Shown one piece after another: positions 18,384-28,527 of a stretch of 64,000 nucleotides of DNA. The notes below the pieces were generated by a model. It saw only the letters and a program-made list of their open reading frames with translations, was not told the origin of the DNA and made no database searches. Source of the stretch: Candidatus Latescibacterota bacterium. GTDB taxonomy: Bacteria > Latescibacterota > UBA2968 > GCA-2709665. The DNA is taken from positions 2,400,001 to 2,464,000 of the forward strand of contig OZ250150.1 of assembly GCA_965237675.1 (NCBI GenBank). The letters are read 5' to 3'. The translations under genes were made by a program, and so were the position numbers. Positions within the stretch are counted from its first letter, which is position 1. Every line of letters starts with the position of its first letter.

Positions 18384-18687
18384 TTTCGTTGGCGACAGTT
18401 GCATGGGTTGTCGACGCGGGGGCTCCGGCGTTGTCCGGATGAAAAGCCCGTATATTCCGATCCTGAAAGAAATGCATATTCAGATCGGGATTTTTTGTGT
18501 GTGACGCCGGAGGTGGCACTGGATTCTTGCCATACGATGTTCATCCGGTTTTCTGGAACGGCTTCCGGCCTGACGTGGATGCTCGGATATGGACGGCTCA
18601 ATCCTTCCCGCAGTGGGGTTGGCTGGTGGGGTTGGGTCTATTATCTGTGTGGCATGGCCGAGATCGGTTCGCCGGGAATGGCCGCTT

Positions 18688-18920
18688 GTGTTCTGTCCCT
18701 GAAATAGATTGCCTGAATTCGGCCGATCAGAAGCAGCAAAAACAGCTATCAGCTCTCAGCCGTCAGCTTGAACCAAAAACCCAATCAGTTGACATCAGCG
18801 CCGTGAAGAGACGAGACCAGAACGGGCGCAGCGAGACGGGATGAACCGGCGCCTGCCTGTGCGTGCTGCCTCACGCACGCAGACAGGGATGAATGGTGAC
18901 AACTTTCTGGGACGGGACAC
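18688..18920. mobile_element. MITE-like element, copy 1, with nested repeats
   Basis: Ends gtgttctgtccctgaaat...tttctgggacgggacac; inverted homologue of 29387-29548. Confidence 0.75.
18743..18803 (+). repeat. Dispersed heptamer-rich repeat, inverted copy of 31863-31929
   Basis: cagctatcagctctcagccgtcagcttgaaccaaaaacccaatcagttgacatcagcgccg. Confidence 0.75.
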
Positions 18921-18935
18921 TTGATGGAGGACAGG

Positions 18936-20195
18936 ATGAACCCTGAGTTCATGATTGCCCGCAGGCATATCCGGTCTCTGCGCGCACGGAAGCGGGTCTC
19001 GTTTGCCATATGGATCGCAGCGATCGGCGTGGCGCTGGGTGTATCATCGCTGGTGATCGTACTGTCCGTCATGAATGGATATATAAACATGATCCGCCAG
19101 CGTCTGTTGGGCGTGAACGCGCACATGACCGTGCGCAAGGCCTATCGCAAGCCGATAGCGGATTATGAGGCGATCATCAGCACGCTGGAAGATCACCCTG
19201 AAGTGCTTGCGGCGTCGCCATTTATCCACGCGGAGGGTTTCGTTTTCCGGAAGGTGGCCGGAGAGGGAGCGGTGAAGTCGGGTGTTCTGGTTCGGGGCGT
19301 GGACCCGGCGGGATTTCTCCGCACCAGCGACATCGGAACGTATCTTCAGGCAGGAACGATAGATCTCGGTCCACGGGAGAAACAGGGTTCGCGGGCGGTA
19401 CACGGAATCTTGCTCGGACAGGTCCTGGCGCAAAAGCTGGGTGCGGCGCCCGGGGCCGACGTGTTTATGGGTCTGGTTCCGAAGGATGTCCTCGGGGGTG
19501 GTGGACGCCGGTGGCAGCGTTACCGGGTAACCGGGGTCTTCAATACGGGATATTTCGAGTTCGATTCCAGGCTGGTCCTTATTTCTCTCGAGTCCGCAAG
19601 ACGAGATCTGGGTTGGCAGGACGTCGTAACGGGTATTCGTCTGCGATTGGTGGATCCGATGGCAGCCGAACGGCTCGGCGAGACGTTGCGTCAGACTCTG
19701 CGTGAAACGTATCCCGGTCTGTTTGCCTCTTCGTGGGCGCGGAACTTCGGGAATTTCTACGCATTGATCCAACTGCAGAAGTGGGCCTTTTTTCTGATCC
19801 TCAGTCTCATTGTCGTGGTGGCCGGATTCAACATAATCAGCATCTTAACGATGAACGTGACCGATCGTCGCCGTGAGATCGGAATTCTGAAGGCGATGGG
19901 AATGATCCCCGCACGGATTGGACGGATCTTTACCCTGGAGGGGCTGGTCGTGGGCCTCTCCGGTGTCGCGATGGGCAATCTGCTGGGGTTTACGCTTTGT
20001 TGGATTCAGAAACGGTTCGAAGTGATTCGCATACCGGGGGAGGTCTACTACGTCAGTTCGTTGCCGGTGGAGATGCGTCCGGAGGATTTCGGCCTGGTCT
20101 CCCTGTGCGCGGTTCTCATCTGTTACCTCTTCAGCCTCTTTCCATCTCGGGATGCCGCGGCACTGGATCCGGTGGATGCGATCCGGTATGAGTGA
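18936..20195 (+). CDS. Lipoprotein-releasing ABC transporter permease LolC/E family
   Basis: IGVALGVSSLVIVLSVMNG, VAGFNIISILTM, REIGILKAMG, AAALDPVDAIRYE. Confidence 0.9.
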   Translation: MNPEFMIARRHIRSLRARKRVSFAIWIAAIGVALGVSSLVIVLSVMNGYINMIRQRLLGVNAHMTVRKAYRKPIADYEAIISTLEDHPEVLAASPFIHAEGFVFRKVAGEGAVKSGVLVRGVDPAGFLRTSDIGTYLQAGTIDLGPREKQGSRAVHGILLGQVLAQKLGAAPGADVFMGLVPKDVLGGGGRRWQRYRVTGVFNTGYFEFDSRLVLISLESARRDLGWQDVVTGIRLRLVDPMAAERLGETLRQTLRETYPGLFASSWARNFGNFYALIQLQKWAFFLILSLIVVVAGFNIISILTMNVTDRRREIGILKAMGMIPARIGRIFTLEGLVVGLSGVAMGNLLGFTLCWIQKRFEVIRIPGEVYYVSSLPVEMRPEDFGLVSLCAVLICYLFSLFPSRDAAALDPVDAIRYE

Positions 20196-20287
20196 TCATT
20201 CCCGCGTGGCGGCGCTCTGACGCAGGGCGCCGATGGACGAGACCGTGATTCCTGACGATGTCTGCCGGGCCGGGCGGGAGACGGGCG

Positions 20288-21538
20288 ATGTATGAATTGT
20301 TGATTGCGCGACGGTACCTGCGGTCGATGCGCCGCCGGAAACGGGTGTCGTTCACGGTGTTGGTGGCGGTTTTGGGCGTCGGTCTGGGTGTGGCGGCGCT
20401 GGTGATCGTGTTGTCGGTATCGAACGGATTTTCCGCGTTGGTGTGGGAGCGCTTGCTAGGCGTGAACGCGCATGCCACGGTGAGGAAGGATCGGGGCGAG
20501 CGGATCGAGGATCCGCAGGCGCTCCTGACTGCCCTGGCGGCCCAGCCCCACGTTGTCGCCGTTTCGCCGTTTGTGGCTTCTGAAGGCGCCGTGTTGCACC
20601 GTTCCTTTGAAGACGAGGTGTATAGCGCCGGCGTGATGGTGAGGGGCGTGACGCCCGACGGATTGAAGGCGGTCAGCGACCTGGCGGACTATATCTGGGG
20701 AGGCGCTCTGGATCTTGGCCCCCAGGAAACGGAAGGCCGCGGGAGAGTGTACGGAATCGTGATCGGGCGCTATCTGGCCGATCAACTGGGCGCGCGGGTG
20801 GGGTCGGAAGTGCATCTGTGGATCTTGCCTGATGAGATCTTCGCCGCACAGACGCGGTTTCGGCGATACACAGTCACGGGCATCTTCAGTACGGGTAACC
20901 CGGAGTTCGATAGCGGCCTGGCCTATGTTTCGCTTACGGCGGCGCAGAGAGACCTGGGTTGGGAGCCGAAAATTACCGGTGTCCGGCTCCGGTTGAGAGA
21001 CGCCTTTAATGCGCAGGAGTTGAGTGGACTCGTCGAGAAGGAGGCCAGGCGGCTGGATCCCGCGCTCTCCGTGCATCCCTGGATGCGGGACCACGGCAAC
21101 CTGTACTTTTCGATTCATCTGGAAAAGTGGGCGAGTTTTCTGGGCCTGGGCTTAATTGTGGTGGTCGCGGGGTTCAACATCGTCAGCGTGCTTACCATGA
21201 ACGTGGCGGAAAAGCGCAGGGAGATTGGCATACTGAAGACCCTGGGGGTGCCGCCGCGGAGCATCGGCCGGATTTTTACATGGCAGGGGCTGGCGGTGGG
21301 GCTCTCCGGCGTGTTGATGGGAAATATTCTGGGGTTTGCCCTGTGCTGGACGCAGCAGCGGTACGAACTCCTGAGAATCCCGGGGGATGTGTTGATCACC
21401 CAGACACTGCCCGTGGAGATGCAGGTGTCGGATTTTCTGTTGATCTCGGCTTCCGCGTCGTTGATCTGTTACCTGTTTACGCTGTTCCCGGCTCGAGATG
21501 CCGCGGCGCTGGATCCGGTTGAGGCGATCAGGATGTAG
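20288..21538 (+). CDS. Lipoprotein-releasing ABC transporter permease LolC/E family (second paralogue)
   Basis: Same motif set: VAGFNIVSVLTM, REIGILKTLG, LDPVEAIR. Confidence 0.9.
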   Translation: MYELLIARRYLRSMRRRKRVSFTVLVAVLGVGLGVAALVIVLSVSNGFSALVWERLLGVNAHATVRKDRGERIEDPQALLTALAAQPHVVAVSPFVASEGAVLHRSFEDEVYSAGVMVRGVTPDGLKAVSDLADYIWGGALDLGPQETEGRGRVYGIVIGRYLADQLGARVGSEVHLWILPDEIFAAQTRFRRYTVTGIFSTGNPEFDSGLAYVSLTAAQRDLGWEPKITGVRLRLRDAFNAQELSGLVEKEARRLDPALSVHPWMRDHGNLYFSIHLEKWASFLGLGLIVVVAGFNIVSVLTMNVAEKRREIGILKTLGVPPRSIGRIFTWQGLAVGLSGVLMGNILGFALCWTQQRYELLRIPGDVLITQTLPVEMQVSDFLLISASASLICYLFTLFPARDAAALDPVEAIRM

Positions 21539-21727
21539 TGCCGGTCCGGTGTACCATTGTGGTGTTATTCCGGCAGGGCGAATCGCGTTGGTGAGTACGG
21601 GGTAAGTGGACGTCGGTGTCGCCCGGCCTTCCGCTCCCGACGGTGCCTCTCGCTCCATCGGCGGTTTCCGGTTGTGGTGAGGGAGACCTTCCGTCGCCGG
21701 AGCGAAACTGGAACCTGAAAGGGCGCA

Positions 21728-21892
21728 ATGGACCTCGATCCTTTCAAATCGTATCCACCCGGCGACCCCAGGCGGCCTCCTTCGAGGATTTTCCTGGTTC
21801 TTCTGGCGGTAGGGATTGCGATTGTGGTTACGTTGTTTGCCGGTCTCATTGTCTATCTGCGTGACGTCTGGACCGCACGACCGCTGGGTTAG
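21728..21892 (+). CDS. Small single-transmembrane protein, 54 aa (not in ORF track)
   Basis: MDLDPFKSYPPGDPRRPPSRIFLVLLAVGIAIVVTLFAGLIVYLRDVWTARPLG; purine-rich gaaaggg before the ATG. Confidence 0.6.
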   Translation: MDLDPFKSYPPGDPRRPPSRIFLVLLAVGIAIVVTLFAGLIVYLRDVWTARPLG

Positions 21893-22066
21893 GCGTGTCG
21901 AAACGAGCTTGTCGAAATGCCCGCGTTGCGCTACCCTGGGCCCGTTGCCGACCCTTCGACAGGCTCAGGGACCGCAGGCGCAGGGAGCGGCTCAGGGCAG
22001 GGCTTAGCGGCGATAAGCTATGGGAACGGCTTCGTGTCCTGATCCGTACACCAGATTGAACACAGA

Positions 22067-22092
22067 AAGGCCCGGACGTCGGTCCGGGCCTT
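22067..22092. terminator. Hairpin between convergent genes
   Basis: aaggcccggac-gtcg-gtccgggcctt. Confidence 0.65.
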
Positions 22093-22119
22093 CGCTTTTC
22101 TCCCATCTGGGAATTCCGT

Positions 22120-22857
22120 TCAGTACGTGGCGCGGCCGCCGCTGACGTCATAACACTGCCCGGTTGTAAAGGTGGATTCGTCGGAGGCAAGGAAGTGTAC
22201 GAGTGCGGCGACCTCGTCGGGTTTGCCGAGGCGGCCCATCGGTATTTTGGATGTCAGAAAGGCGGCCCGTTCCGGATCCAGGCTCAGGGTCATCCCGGTT
22301 TCGATAAGTGCGGGCGCAACGCAATTGACACGGATGTTGTGGTCGAGCACCTCCCTGGCCAGGGCCTTGGTAAAACAGATCACGCCGGCTTTGGAGACCG
22401 AGTATGCCGCCATGTTGGCGTTTCCTTCTTTGCCCGAGATAGAGGCGACGGATACGATTGCGCCCCGGTTGCGATCCATCATGTGGCCGATGACCGCGCG
22501 CGAGCACAGAAAGACGCCCTTGAGGTTGGTATTCATCACACGATCCCAATCCGTCTCGGCCAGGTCCCGTACCGGAGCCTCCCGACCCACAATGCCGGCG
22601 TTGTTGACAAGGATATCGAGCTGACCCAGGCGTTCCAGCACGGTGTTCACCATGCGCGCGACGTCCGCGCTCCTCGAGACATCCGCCTTCAGGGCCAGGG
22701 CGACGCTGGAAGGTCCGGCGTTTTCCGTGTCGATGTCCGCGATGGCGACCGTCGCCCCGGCATTCGCCAGCCGTTCCGCTATGGCAGATCCGATGCCCCG
22801 GGCGGCGCCGGTGACGAGGGCAACGCGGCCGGTAAGATCCATAAACGTCTGTGGCAT
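22120..22857 (-). CDS. Short-chain dehydrogenase/reductase (FabG-like)
   Basis: TGAARGIG, NNAG, YSVSK. Confidence 0.93.
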   Translation of the reverse strand: MPQTFMDLTGRVALVTGAARGIGSAIAERLANAGATVAIADIDTENAGPSSVALALKADVSRSADVARMVNTVLERLGQLDILVNNAGIVGREAPVRDLAETDWDRVMNTNLKGVFLCSRAVIGHMMDRNRGAIVSVASISGKEGNANMAAYSVSKAGVICFTKALAREVLDHNIRVNCVAPALIETGMTLSLDPERAAFLTSKIPMGRLGKPDEVAALVHFLASDESTFTTGQCYDVSGGRATY

Positions 22858-22938
22858 GGTGGTTCTCTCAATAAGGGATTTAATGAGTCGCCGATGGTAT
22901 CCGGAGGATTCATGCCGCTTGCATGGCGGCCGTTTCTC

Positions 22939-24027
22939 TCAAAACAGTTCCGTCCGGTCCAGGTATTCAATGAGTTTCCGGTTCGCCCTGGAGAAGGCAT
23001 AGTCTCCGAGACCGTCCGGTGCAACCCACCTCACGTCCGAACAGTTGCGTGCACGGGCTTTGCCGCTTTTGTATTCGCATTGAAAGGCGTGCATGGTGAC
23101 GCTGAAGTGGGTGAACGCGTGTCTGACGGTTCTGAACCGGTTCCGAACGGTCGCGTCGACACAGGTTGCCTCGCGTACGGCGCGAATACACGTGTCGCGT
23201 AAGGACTCGCCTTCCGACTGTCGGGCTGCGGGGAATTCCCAGAGCCCGCCAAGGAGGCCCTCGTCCGGCCGGCGAACGACGAGGACCCTGTTGTTTTGGA
23301 ATACGATGCCCACGCCCAGAATGTGGTGTGGACGCGGTTTCTTCGGGGCTTTGACCGGGAGCGTTTCCGCGGTGCCGGTTTTAAACGCGGCACAGTGAAT
23401 CCTGACCGGACAGGATCCGCAGTGGGGCGCTCGCGGGCGGCAGACGATGGCGCCCAGTTCCATAATCGCCTGGTTGTACTCGCCGGCGTCGCCGCTGTGC
23501 AACAGGTTGTCGGCCAGTTTCTGGAGGTGCGCTCTGGTGCGGGTCTGCGCGACGTCGTCTTGAATATGGAAAAGGCGGCAGAGAACGCGAATGACGTTGC
23601 CGTCCAGTACGGCGTAGTCCCGGTCGTAGGCAATACTAAGGACGGCGGCCGTGGTGTACGGGCCGAAGCCGGGCAGGGAGGAGAGATCATCATAGACATC
23701 GGGCACGACGCCGCTGAATCGGTCCACGATGTACTGGGCCGTTCTGTGCAGATTTCGCGCGCGGGTATAGTATCCGAGGCCTTCCCAGGCCTTGAGAACG
23801 CGGTCCGGCGGCGTTCGGGCGAGGTCCTGCACAGTGGGGAAATCTTCCAGGAAACGCCGATAATATGGAATGACGGTTTCGACCTGTGTCTGTTGCAGCA
23901 TGAATTCGGAGAGCATGACGTGGTACGGATCGGAGGTCTCGCGCCAGGGCAGATCCCGTTTCTCGCGTCGGTACCACGCAAGCAGGCGTCGCTTGATTGT
24001 GGTGCGGTTTTCCGGGGTGGTATTCAT
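22939..24027 (-). CDS. mutY: A/G-specific adenine glycosylase
   Basis: RDLPWR, SEFMLQQTQV, WEGLGYY, LPGFGPYT, DGNV, 4Fe-4S CRPRAPHCGSCPVRIHC, NUDIX-like C-terminus. Confidence 0.95.
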   Translation of the reverse strand: MNTTPENRTTIKRRLLAWYRREKRDLPWRETSDPYHVMLSEFMLQQTQVETVIPYYRRFLEDFPTVQDLARTPPDRVLKAWEGLGYYTRARNLHRTAQYIVDRFSGVVPDVYDDLSSLPGFGPYTTAAVLSIAYDRDYAVLDGNVIRVLCRLFHIQDDVAQTRTRAHLQKLADNLLHSGDAGEYNQAIMELGAIVCRPRAPHCGSCPVRIHCAAFKTGTAETLPVKAPKKPRPHHILGVGIVFQNNRVLVVRRPDEGLLGGLWEFPAARQSEGESLRDTCIRAVREATCVDATVRNRFRTVRHAFTHFSVTMHAFQCEYKSGKARARNCSDVRWVAPDGLGDYAFSRANRKLIEYLDRTELF

Positions 24028-24074
24028 GGACCTGTGTGGTAGCCGTCGATTCACGTGGCGGGGGAAGGGACGCC

Positions 24075-24368
24075 TTACCGTGATTTATCTTTTTTTCTTG
24101 CAATGTCACTGGCGTGCCCGGTGACAACATCCGGCGGGCTGCTTCTGATCAGTTGTTGGAGCGCCAGAAGCAGGAGCAGGATGTCTTCGCCATAACCCAG
24201 GTGGGGGAACAACGCCTCCGGCAACAGATCCACGGGAGATATCCCGTACAGAATGATGACGCAGACCAGCATTTTGCTGTACCAGGGCACACGCGGGTCC
24301 TTCATCAGGCGCCAGGAGAGCCGGATATATTGAGGCAGGCGAAAAAGAATGGAGAAGATGCCGCGCAT
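24075..24368 (-). CDS. YkvA/DUF1232 family membrane protein
   Basis: DPRVPWYSK...YGISPVDLLPE...LGYGED. Confidence 0.85.
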   Translation of the reverse strand: MRGIFSILFRLPQYIRLSWRLMKDPRVPWYSKMLVCVIILYGISPVDLLPEALFPHLGYGEDILLLLLALQQLIRSSPPDVVTGHASDIARKKDKSR

Positions 24369-24393
24369 GGCAGTATCGAGCGGGGACAGAACA

Positions 24394-25386
24394 CTAACTC
24401 CTGCCCAGAAAAGATCTGACCCTCGGTTGGTCGAGCACGTCCGGATTGATGATGTTCGCTGGTTCCCGGCCCTCGATGGCGTCGGTGAGTTGACCGAAGG
24501 TCCTGTGGTCCAGGCGTATTGCCGAAGCGTCGGTCATACCGGCGTTGTGGTTGGTACAGATGATGCGTGGGTGTCCCTTGTGGATGGCTCTGGGGCCGTC
24601 CACCGGGTCGTCTACCACATAGTACCAGAGGCGGTTTTCGACAATGGCGCGGTTGACGGCCTTGTCGTCTACGAGGGTTCCGCGGGAGGGGTTGATAAGG
24701 GAGGCATGGGGCTGCATGGCGCACAGGAGTTCGTACGTGACGATGGTGTCGGCTCCGGACACGTGCAGGGAGACAGTGTCGCACTCCCTGAAGAGGTCCA
24801 TGGGTTCGCCGACCGGCTCCGCACCGAATCGGGACGCCAGTTCGGCAATGTCCGGCCGGACGTCATATACGAGCAGCCGCCCTCTGTTACCCAGGAGGGG
24901 AATCGCGCGTTCGGCTACGGCCTGCCCGATGCGGCCGAATCCGTAAAGCCCAAGCGTGGTTTCAGCGGCCTCGTAGGTTCTGATGAGAGAGAAGTCGCCG
25001 CTGTGGGAGAGTTGGTTCAGGGTGTAGACCCGTTTGAGCGTTGCCATCCACTGGGCAATGGAATATTCGGCCACCGTGACCATGTGTTCCGGGGCAATGG
25101 TGACGATCACGCCGTGTCGTGTAGCCACCTCCAGGTTGACTTTTTCGTAACCCACACCCCACCGGGATATGATACGCAGGTCGGTCGCGGCTTCGTAGAA
25201 GCTCTCGTGAATAAGCGCGGAACTTGCAAGGACGCCAACCACGCCATTCGCTTCATTTCCGGTGAGTTCACCCGTATAGTAGTCCACACCGGCAAGGCTG
25301 GCCAGGCCCTCCAGGCCTTTCTGGCGGCTCTCTGAGTCGAATTCGGGGTTCTGCATGTTGGCTGACAGCAGGAATCTTCGTGACAT
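24394..25386 (-). CDS. D-isomer-specific 2-hydroxyacid dehydrogenase family
   Basis: RWGVGY, GFGRIG, INPSRG; GAGGAG RBS before ATG 25386. Confidence 0.85.
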   Translation of the reverse strand: MSRRFLLSANMQNPEFDSESRQKGLEGLASLAGVDYYTGELTGNEANGVVGVLASSALIHESFYEAATDLRIISRWGVGYEKVNLEVATRHGVIVTIAPEHMVTVAEYSIAQWMATLKRVYTLNQLSHSGDFSLIRTYEAAETTLGLYGFGRIGQAVAERAIPLLGNRGRLLVYDVRPDIAELASRFGAEPVGEPMDLFRECDTVSLHVSGADTIVTYELLCAMQPHASLINPSRGTLVDDKAVNRAIVENRLWYYVVDDPVDGPRAIHKGHPRIICTNHNAGMTDASAIRLDHRTFGQLTDAIEGREPANIINPDVLDQPRVRSFLGRS

Positions 25387-25487
25387 GCAACTCCTCGGTA
25401 AGTGAAGTGACGTGGCGGCAGCGTGATCGAATCCTAGGCCGGGTCGAAGCTGGCATTGACATACCGCGAATTCCGGAACTGGACCCG

Positions 25488-27146
25488 TCAGGCTTCCGAC
25501 CGGTTCACGATTTCCTGCACCATTTCGCGCAGGGCGCTGCGTTGAACCTTTCCCGTGGACGTCATCGGCAGGCGGTCGGGGTTGAATGGAATGGTTTTGC
25601 AAGGCGCTTCATAGGGGCTGAGGTTCGCCACGTTCCCGCCCCGTCCCGCGCTCAGGATCCGCCCGGCGGCTTCCGCCTGCATTTCGGGCGGCAGGCCGTT
25701 GCGGAAAACGAGCGCGGCGCAGACGTCCTGCCCCCAGCGTTCGTCCTCAAGGCCGGTAACGTAGACAGCGGCAAGCTCTGGAAAGGCCTCCACGAGGGCG
25801 TTCTCAACGGCAATCGGCGAGATGTTGACGCCGCCCTTGATGACGATTTCTTTTTTTCGGCTGTGAACGAAGTAGTATTCGCGGCTGCCAATGTCGCGCC
25901 GGAATCCGATATCGCCGGTGTGGAACCAGCCGTCCTTGAAGACCTCGCCGGTGGCGGACGGCTGGTTGACGTAACCGCCCGATACGACCGGGCCGCGAAC
26001 CAGAATTTCGCCGAGTTCCCCCGGCGGTGGATCGCCTTCGAGGCGGATGTTGTTGTTGTCCAGTTCCACGCCCGCGGCGTTCTGCAGGAGAACCTCACGA
26101 TATTCGTCTTCGGACAGGTCGGGAGGGACGCCGGTGACACGCAGGCTGACTTCGGTGGTGCCGTAGCCCTGGATCAGGCGCACGCCGAATCGATCGTGGA
26201 ACCGCACGGCCGGGCCGGCGGGAACGGGCGCGCTGCCGATCATTATCTTCTTCAGCTCGGAGATGTCGTGCCCGGCCGCGTCGAACGCGTCGGCGTTGGC
26301 AAGCAGGTCCTGCATGATCGTGGGAACGATGCTGCTGGATGTGACTTTCTCTTCTGCAATGACGGGCCAGAAATTGGAAGCGCTGTAACGGGAATTGAGG
26401 ATGAGCGTGCCGCCGACCATAAAAAGGGCGATCGAGAAAACCGTTGAATTGACGTGATGAAGCGGCAGGACCAGGCTGAGCCGTTCGCGTTCGTCGAAAT
26501 GCAGCCAGCGAAGAATGCCATCCGCATTGCTCGCGATGCTCTGTCGTGTGAGTAAAACACCCTTGGGCTTGCCGGTTGTTCCGGATGTATACAGGACGAT
26601 CCCCGTGGCCTTTTCCGCCACGGGGTCGCCGCTCCATTCCGGTTCCAGGTCCGCCGTTTGAAGAACGTCGCCTGTAAAAAGGTTATCCGTGTCCGCGACC
26701 GGGATCTCACCGGCGATTTTTCTTTCGGATTCCAGGTGATCGGGAAGGACGCACAGCAATTTGACTCGGGAGTCTCCGAGCTTGTACCGTTTTCGTTCCG
26801 GCCCGTCGCGCTTGAGGTCCAGGGGGACGGCGGTTGCTCCAAGACGGAAGAGGGCCTGGGAGATCAGAAGTATTTCGGGACAATTGGGCATGGCAAGGGA
26901 CACCCGGTCTCCCGGCCCGATGCCGTAATGGCCGTGAAGTCGGCGGGCCAGCGCGGCGGTCCGCAGGTTCAGATCGGCGTAGGTGACAACGGACCGTTTA
27001 CCCCGGTCCGGGTCGCGGTATATGATGGCTTCGTGATCACCCCGACTGGCTGCCCGGTCCTGGAGCAGGTGCCTGAAGTTCCGCCAGGGAAAGCGATAGA
27101 CGTGGCGGCGTCCGTTCTTCGTGCATGTGAAAATCTGTGGATCCAT
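25488..27146 (-). CDS. AMP-binding acyl-CoA synthetase/ligase
   Basis: YTSGTTGKPKG, GYGTTE, FHTGD, TSTGKVQR. Confidence 0.92.
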   Translation of the reverse strand: MDPQIFTCTKNGRRHVYRFPWRNFRHLLQDRAASRGDHEAIIYRDPDRGKRSVVTYADLNLRTAALARRLHGHYGIGPGDRVSLAMPNCPEILLISQALFRLGATAVPLDLKRDGPERKRYKLGDSRVKLLCVLPDHLESERKIAGEIPVADTDNLFTGDVLQTADLEPEWSGDPVAEKATGIVLYTSGTTGKPKGVLLTRQSIASNADGILRWLHFDERERLSLVLPLHHVNSTVFSIALFMVGGTLILNSRYSASNFWPVIAEEKVTSSSIVPTIMQDLLANADAFDAAGHDISELKKIMIGSAPVPAGPAVRFHDRFGVRLIQGYGTTEVSLRVTGVPPDLSEDEYREVLLQNAAGVELDNNNIRLEGDPPPGELGEILVRGPVVSGGYVNQPSATGEVFKDGWFHTGDIGFRRDIGSREYYFVHSRKKEIVIKGGVNISPIAVENALVEAFPELAAVYVTGLEDERWGQDVCAALVFRNGLPPEMQAEAAGRILSAGRGGNVANLSPYEAPCKTIPFNPDRLPMTSTGKVQRSALREMVQEIVNRSEA

Positions 27147-27209
27147 AGAGAAAAAACGTCGGGCCCGCGGCAGCGGATGGGGCGCCGGGAACCCCGATCC
27201 CGGCCCCCC

Positions 27210-28289
27210 TTATTCACATCGGGCTTTGTGCAGGAGATGGTGGTCGGCCAGGACGAGCGCAATCATGGCTTCGACTATCGGCACGGCACGAGGCAGCACG
27301 CAGGGATCGTGGCGGCCGCGGCCCGATAAGGTGGCCGCGTTACCGTGAATATCCACAGTTTCCTGCGCTTTGAGAATGGTTGCCGTCGGTTTGAATGCGG
27401 CGCGGACGATGATGTTCTCGCCATTCGAGATACCGCCCTGGATACCGCCGGAGTGGTTGGTGCGTGTACGGATCCTGTCTCCGTCGTTGAAGAAGGGATC
27501 GTTGTGGCTGGAACCGGTGAGCATTGTGCCGCCAAAACCGGATCCGATTTCAAATCCCTTACAGGCCGGCAGAGAAAGGATGGCCTTGCCCAGGTCGGCT
27601 TCCAGCTTGTCGAATACGGGTTCTCCCAGGCCCGGCGGCACGCTGCGGGCAACGGCTTCCACGACGCCTCCGAGAGAGTCTCCTTCTTTGCGGGCCTGTT
27701 CGATCTGTTCGATCATTTGATCCGCGATATCGGAATCGGGACAGCGCACAATATTGGATTCGATCTGATCCCGGGTGACGGCATCCGGATCCACGCCGGC
27801 CGTTAAGTCGCGTACGCGTTTGACAAAGGCCAGAATCTCCACGCCATGCGCCCGGTGGAGGATTTTGCGCGCGATCGCTCCGGCCGCCACGCGCCCTATG
27901 GTCTCGCGAGCGCTGGCCCGTCCGCCGCCTTTCCAGTCGCGGATACCGTATTTCGCCTGATAGGTGTAGTCGGCGTGCGACGGACGGTATTTTACACGCA
28001 TTTCCTCGTAGTCTTTGGATCTTGCATCACTGTTCCGGACCAGCAGCGAGATGGGCGTGCCCAGGGTCTTGCCTTCGAAGACACCGGATAGAATTTCGAC
28101 GCGGTCTTCCTCTCTGCGCTGGGTGGTGATTTTGCTCTGGCCGGGTCTGCGGCGGTCCAGTTCGGTCTGAATCTCCCGGGACGTGATTGCGAGACCGGGT
28201 GGGCAGCCGTCAATAACGACGCCCACGCCGCCGCCGTGGGATTCGCCCCAGGTGGTGATGCGGAAGAGGTGCCCGAAGATACTGCCCAT
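27210..28289 (-). CDS. aroC: Chorismate synthase
   Basis: [35 protein letters not shown]. Confidence 0.97.
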   Translation of the reverse strand: MGSIFGHLFRITTWGESHGGGVGVVIDGCPPGLAITSREIQTELDRRRPGQSKITTQRREEDRVEILSGVFEGKTLGTPISLLVRNSDARSKDYEEMRVKYRPSHADYTYQAKYGIRDWKGGGRASARETIGRVAAGAIARKILHRAHGVEILAFVKRVRDLTAGVDPDAVTRDQIESNIVRCPDSDIADQMIEQIEQARKEGDSLGGVVEAVARSVPPGLGEPVFDKLEADLGKAILSLPACKGFEIGSGFGGTMLTGSSHNDPFFNDGDRIRTRTNHSGGIQGGISNGENIIVRAAFKPTATILKAQETVDIHGNAATLSGRGRHDPCVLPRAVPIVEAMIALVLADHHLLHKARCE

Positions 28290-28367
28290 GCGCCGTTCGC
28301 TCCATGCTTTAAGCGGCTGGATCTTCCGTTCGTGAAGCCGTCGTCTTACCTCGCCGGAAACGGCCTC

Positions 28368-28396
28368 AATTTACCGAATCCCCGCATGTGGGTCAA
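28368..28396 (-). promoter_or_regulatory. Sigma70-type promoter of aroC
   Basis: TTGACC-17 nt-TAAATT on the minus strand. Confidence 0.6.
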
Positions 28397-28468
28397 GCAA
28401 AAGTCTGCACGTGGAAGTGCCGCTTTCCCGGCGGCCAGCCGTGATGAACGCCCCTGATCCGCGATATC

Positions 28469-28497
28469 TTGACAGAGTCGGGATGCGGGCCTATCTT
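28469..28497 (+). promoter_or_regulatory. Sigma70-type promoter of the creatininase gene
   Basis: TTGACA-17 nt-TATCTT. Confidence 0.65.
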
Positions 28498-28527
28498 GTG
28501 CTCGCCCATTTTTGACCGGAGGTTCGC

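Noticed and set aside
18399-18844. ORFs 18399-18707 and 18497-18844
   Set aside because: They run into MITE and heptamer repeats and have no recognisable domain.
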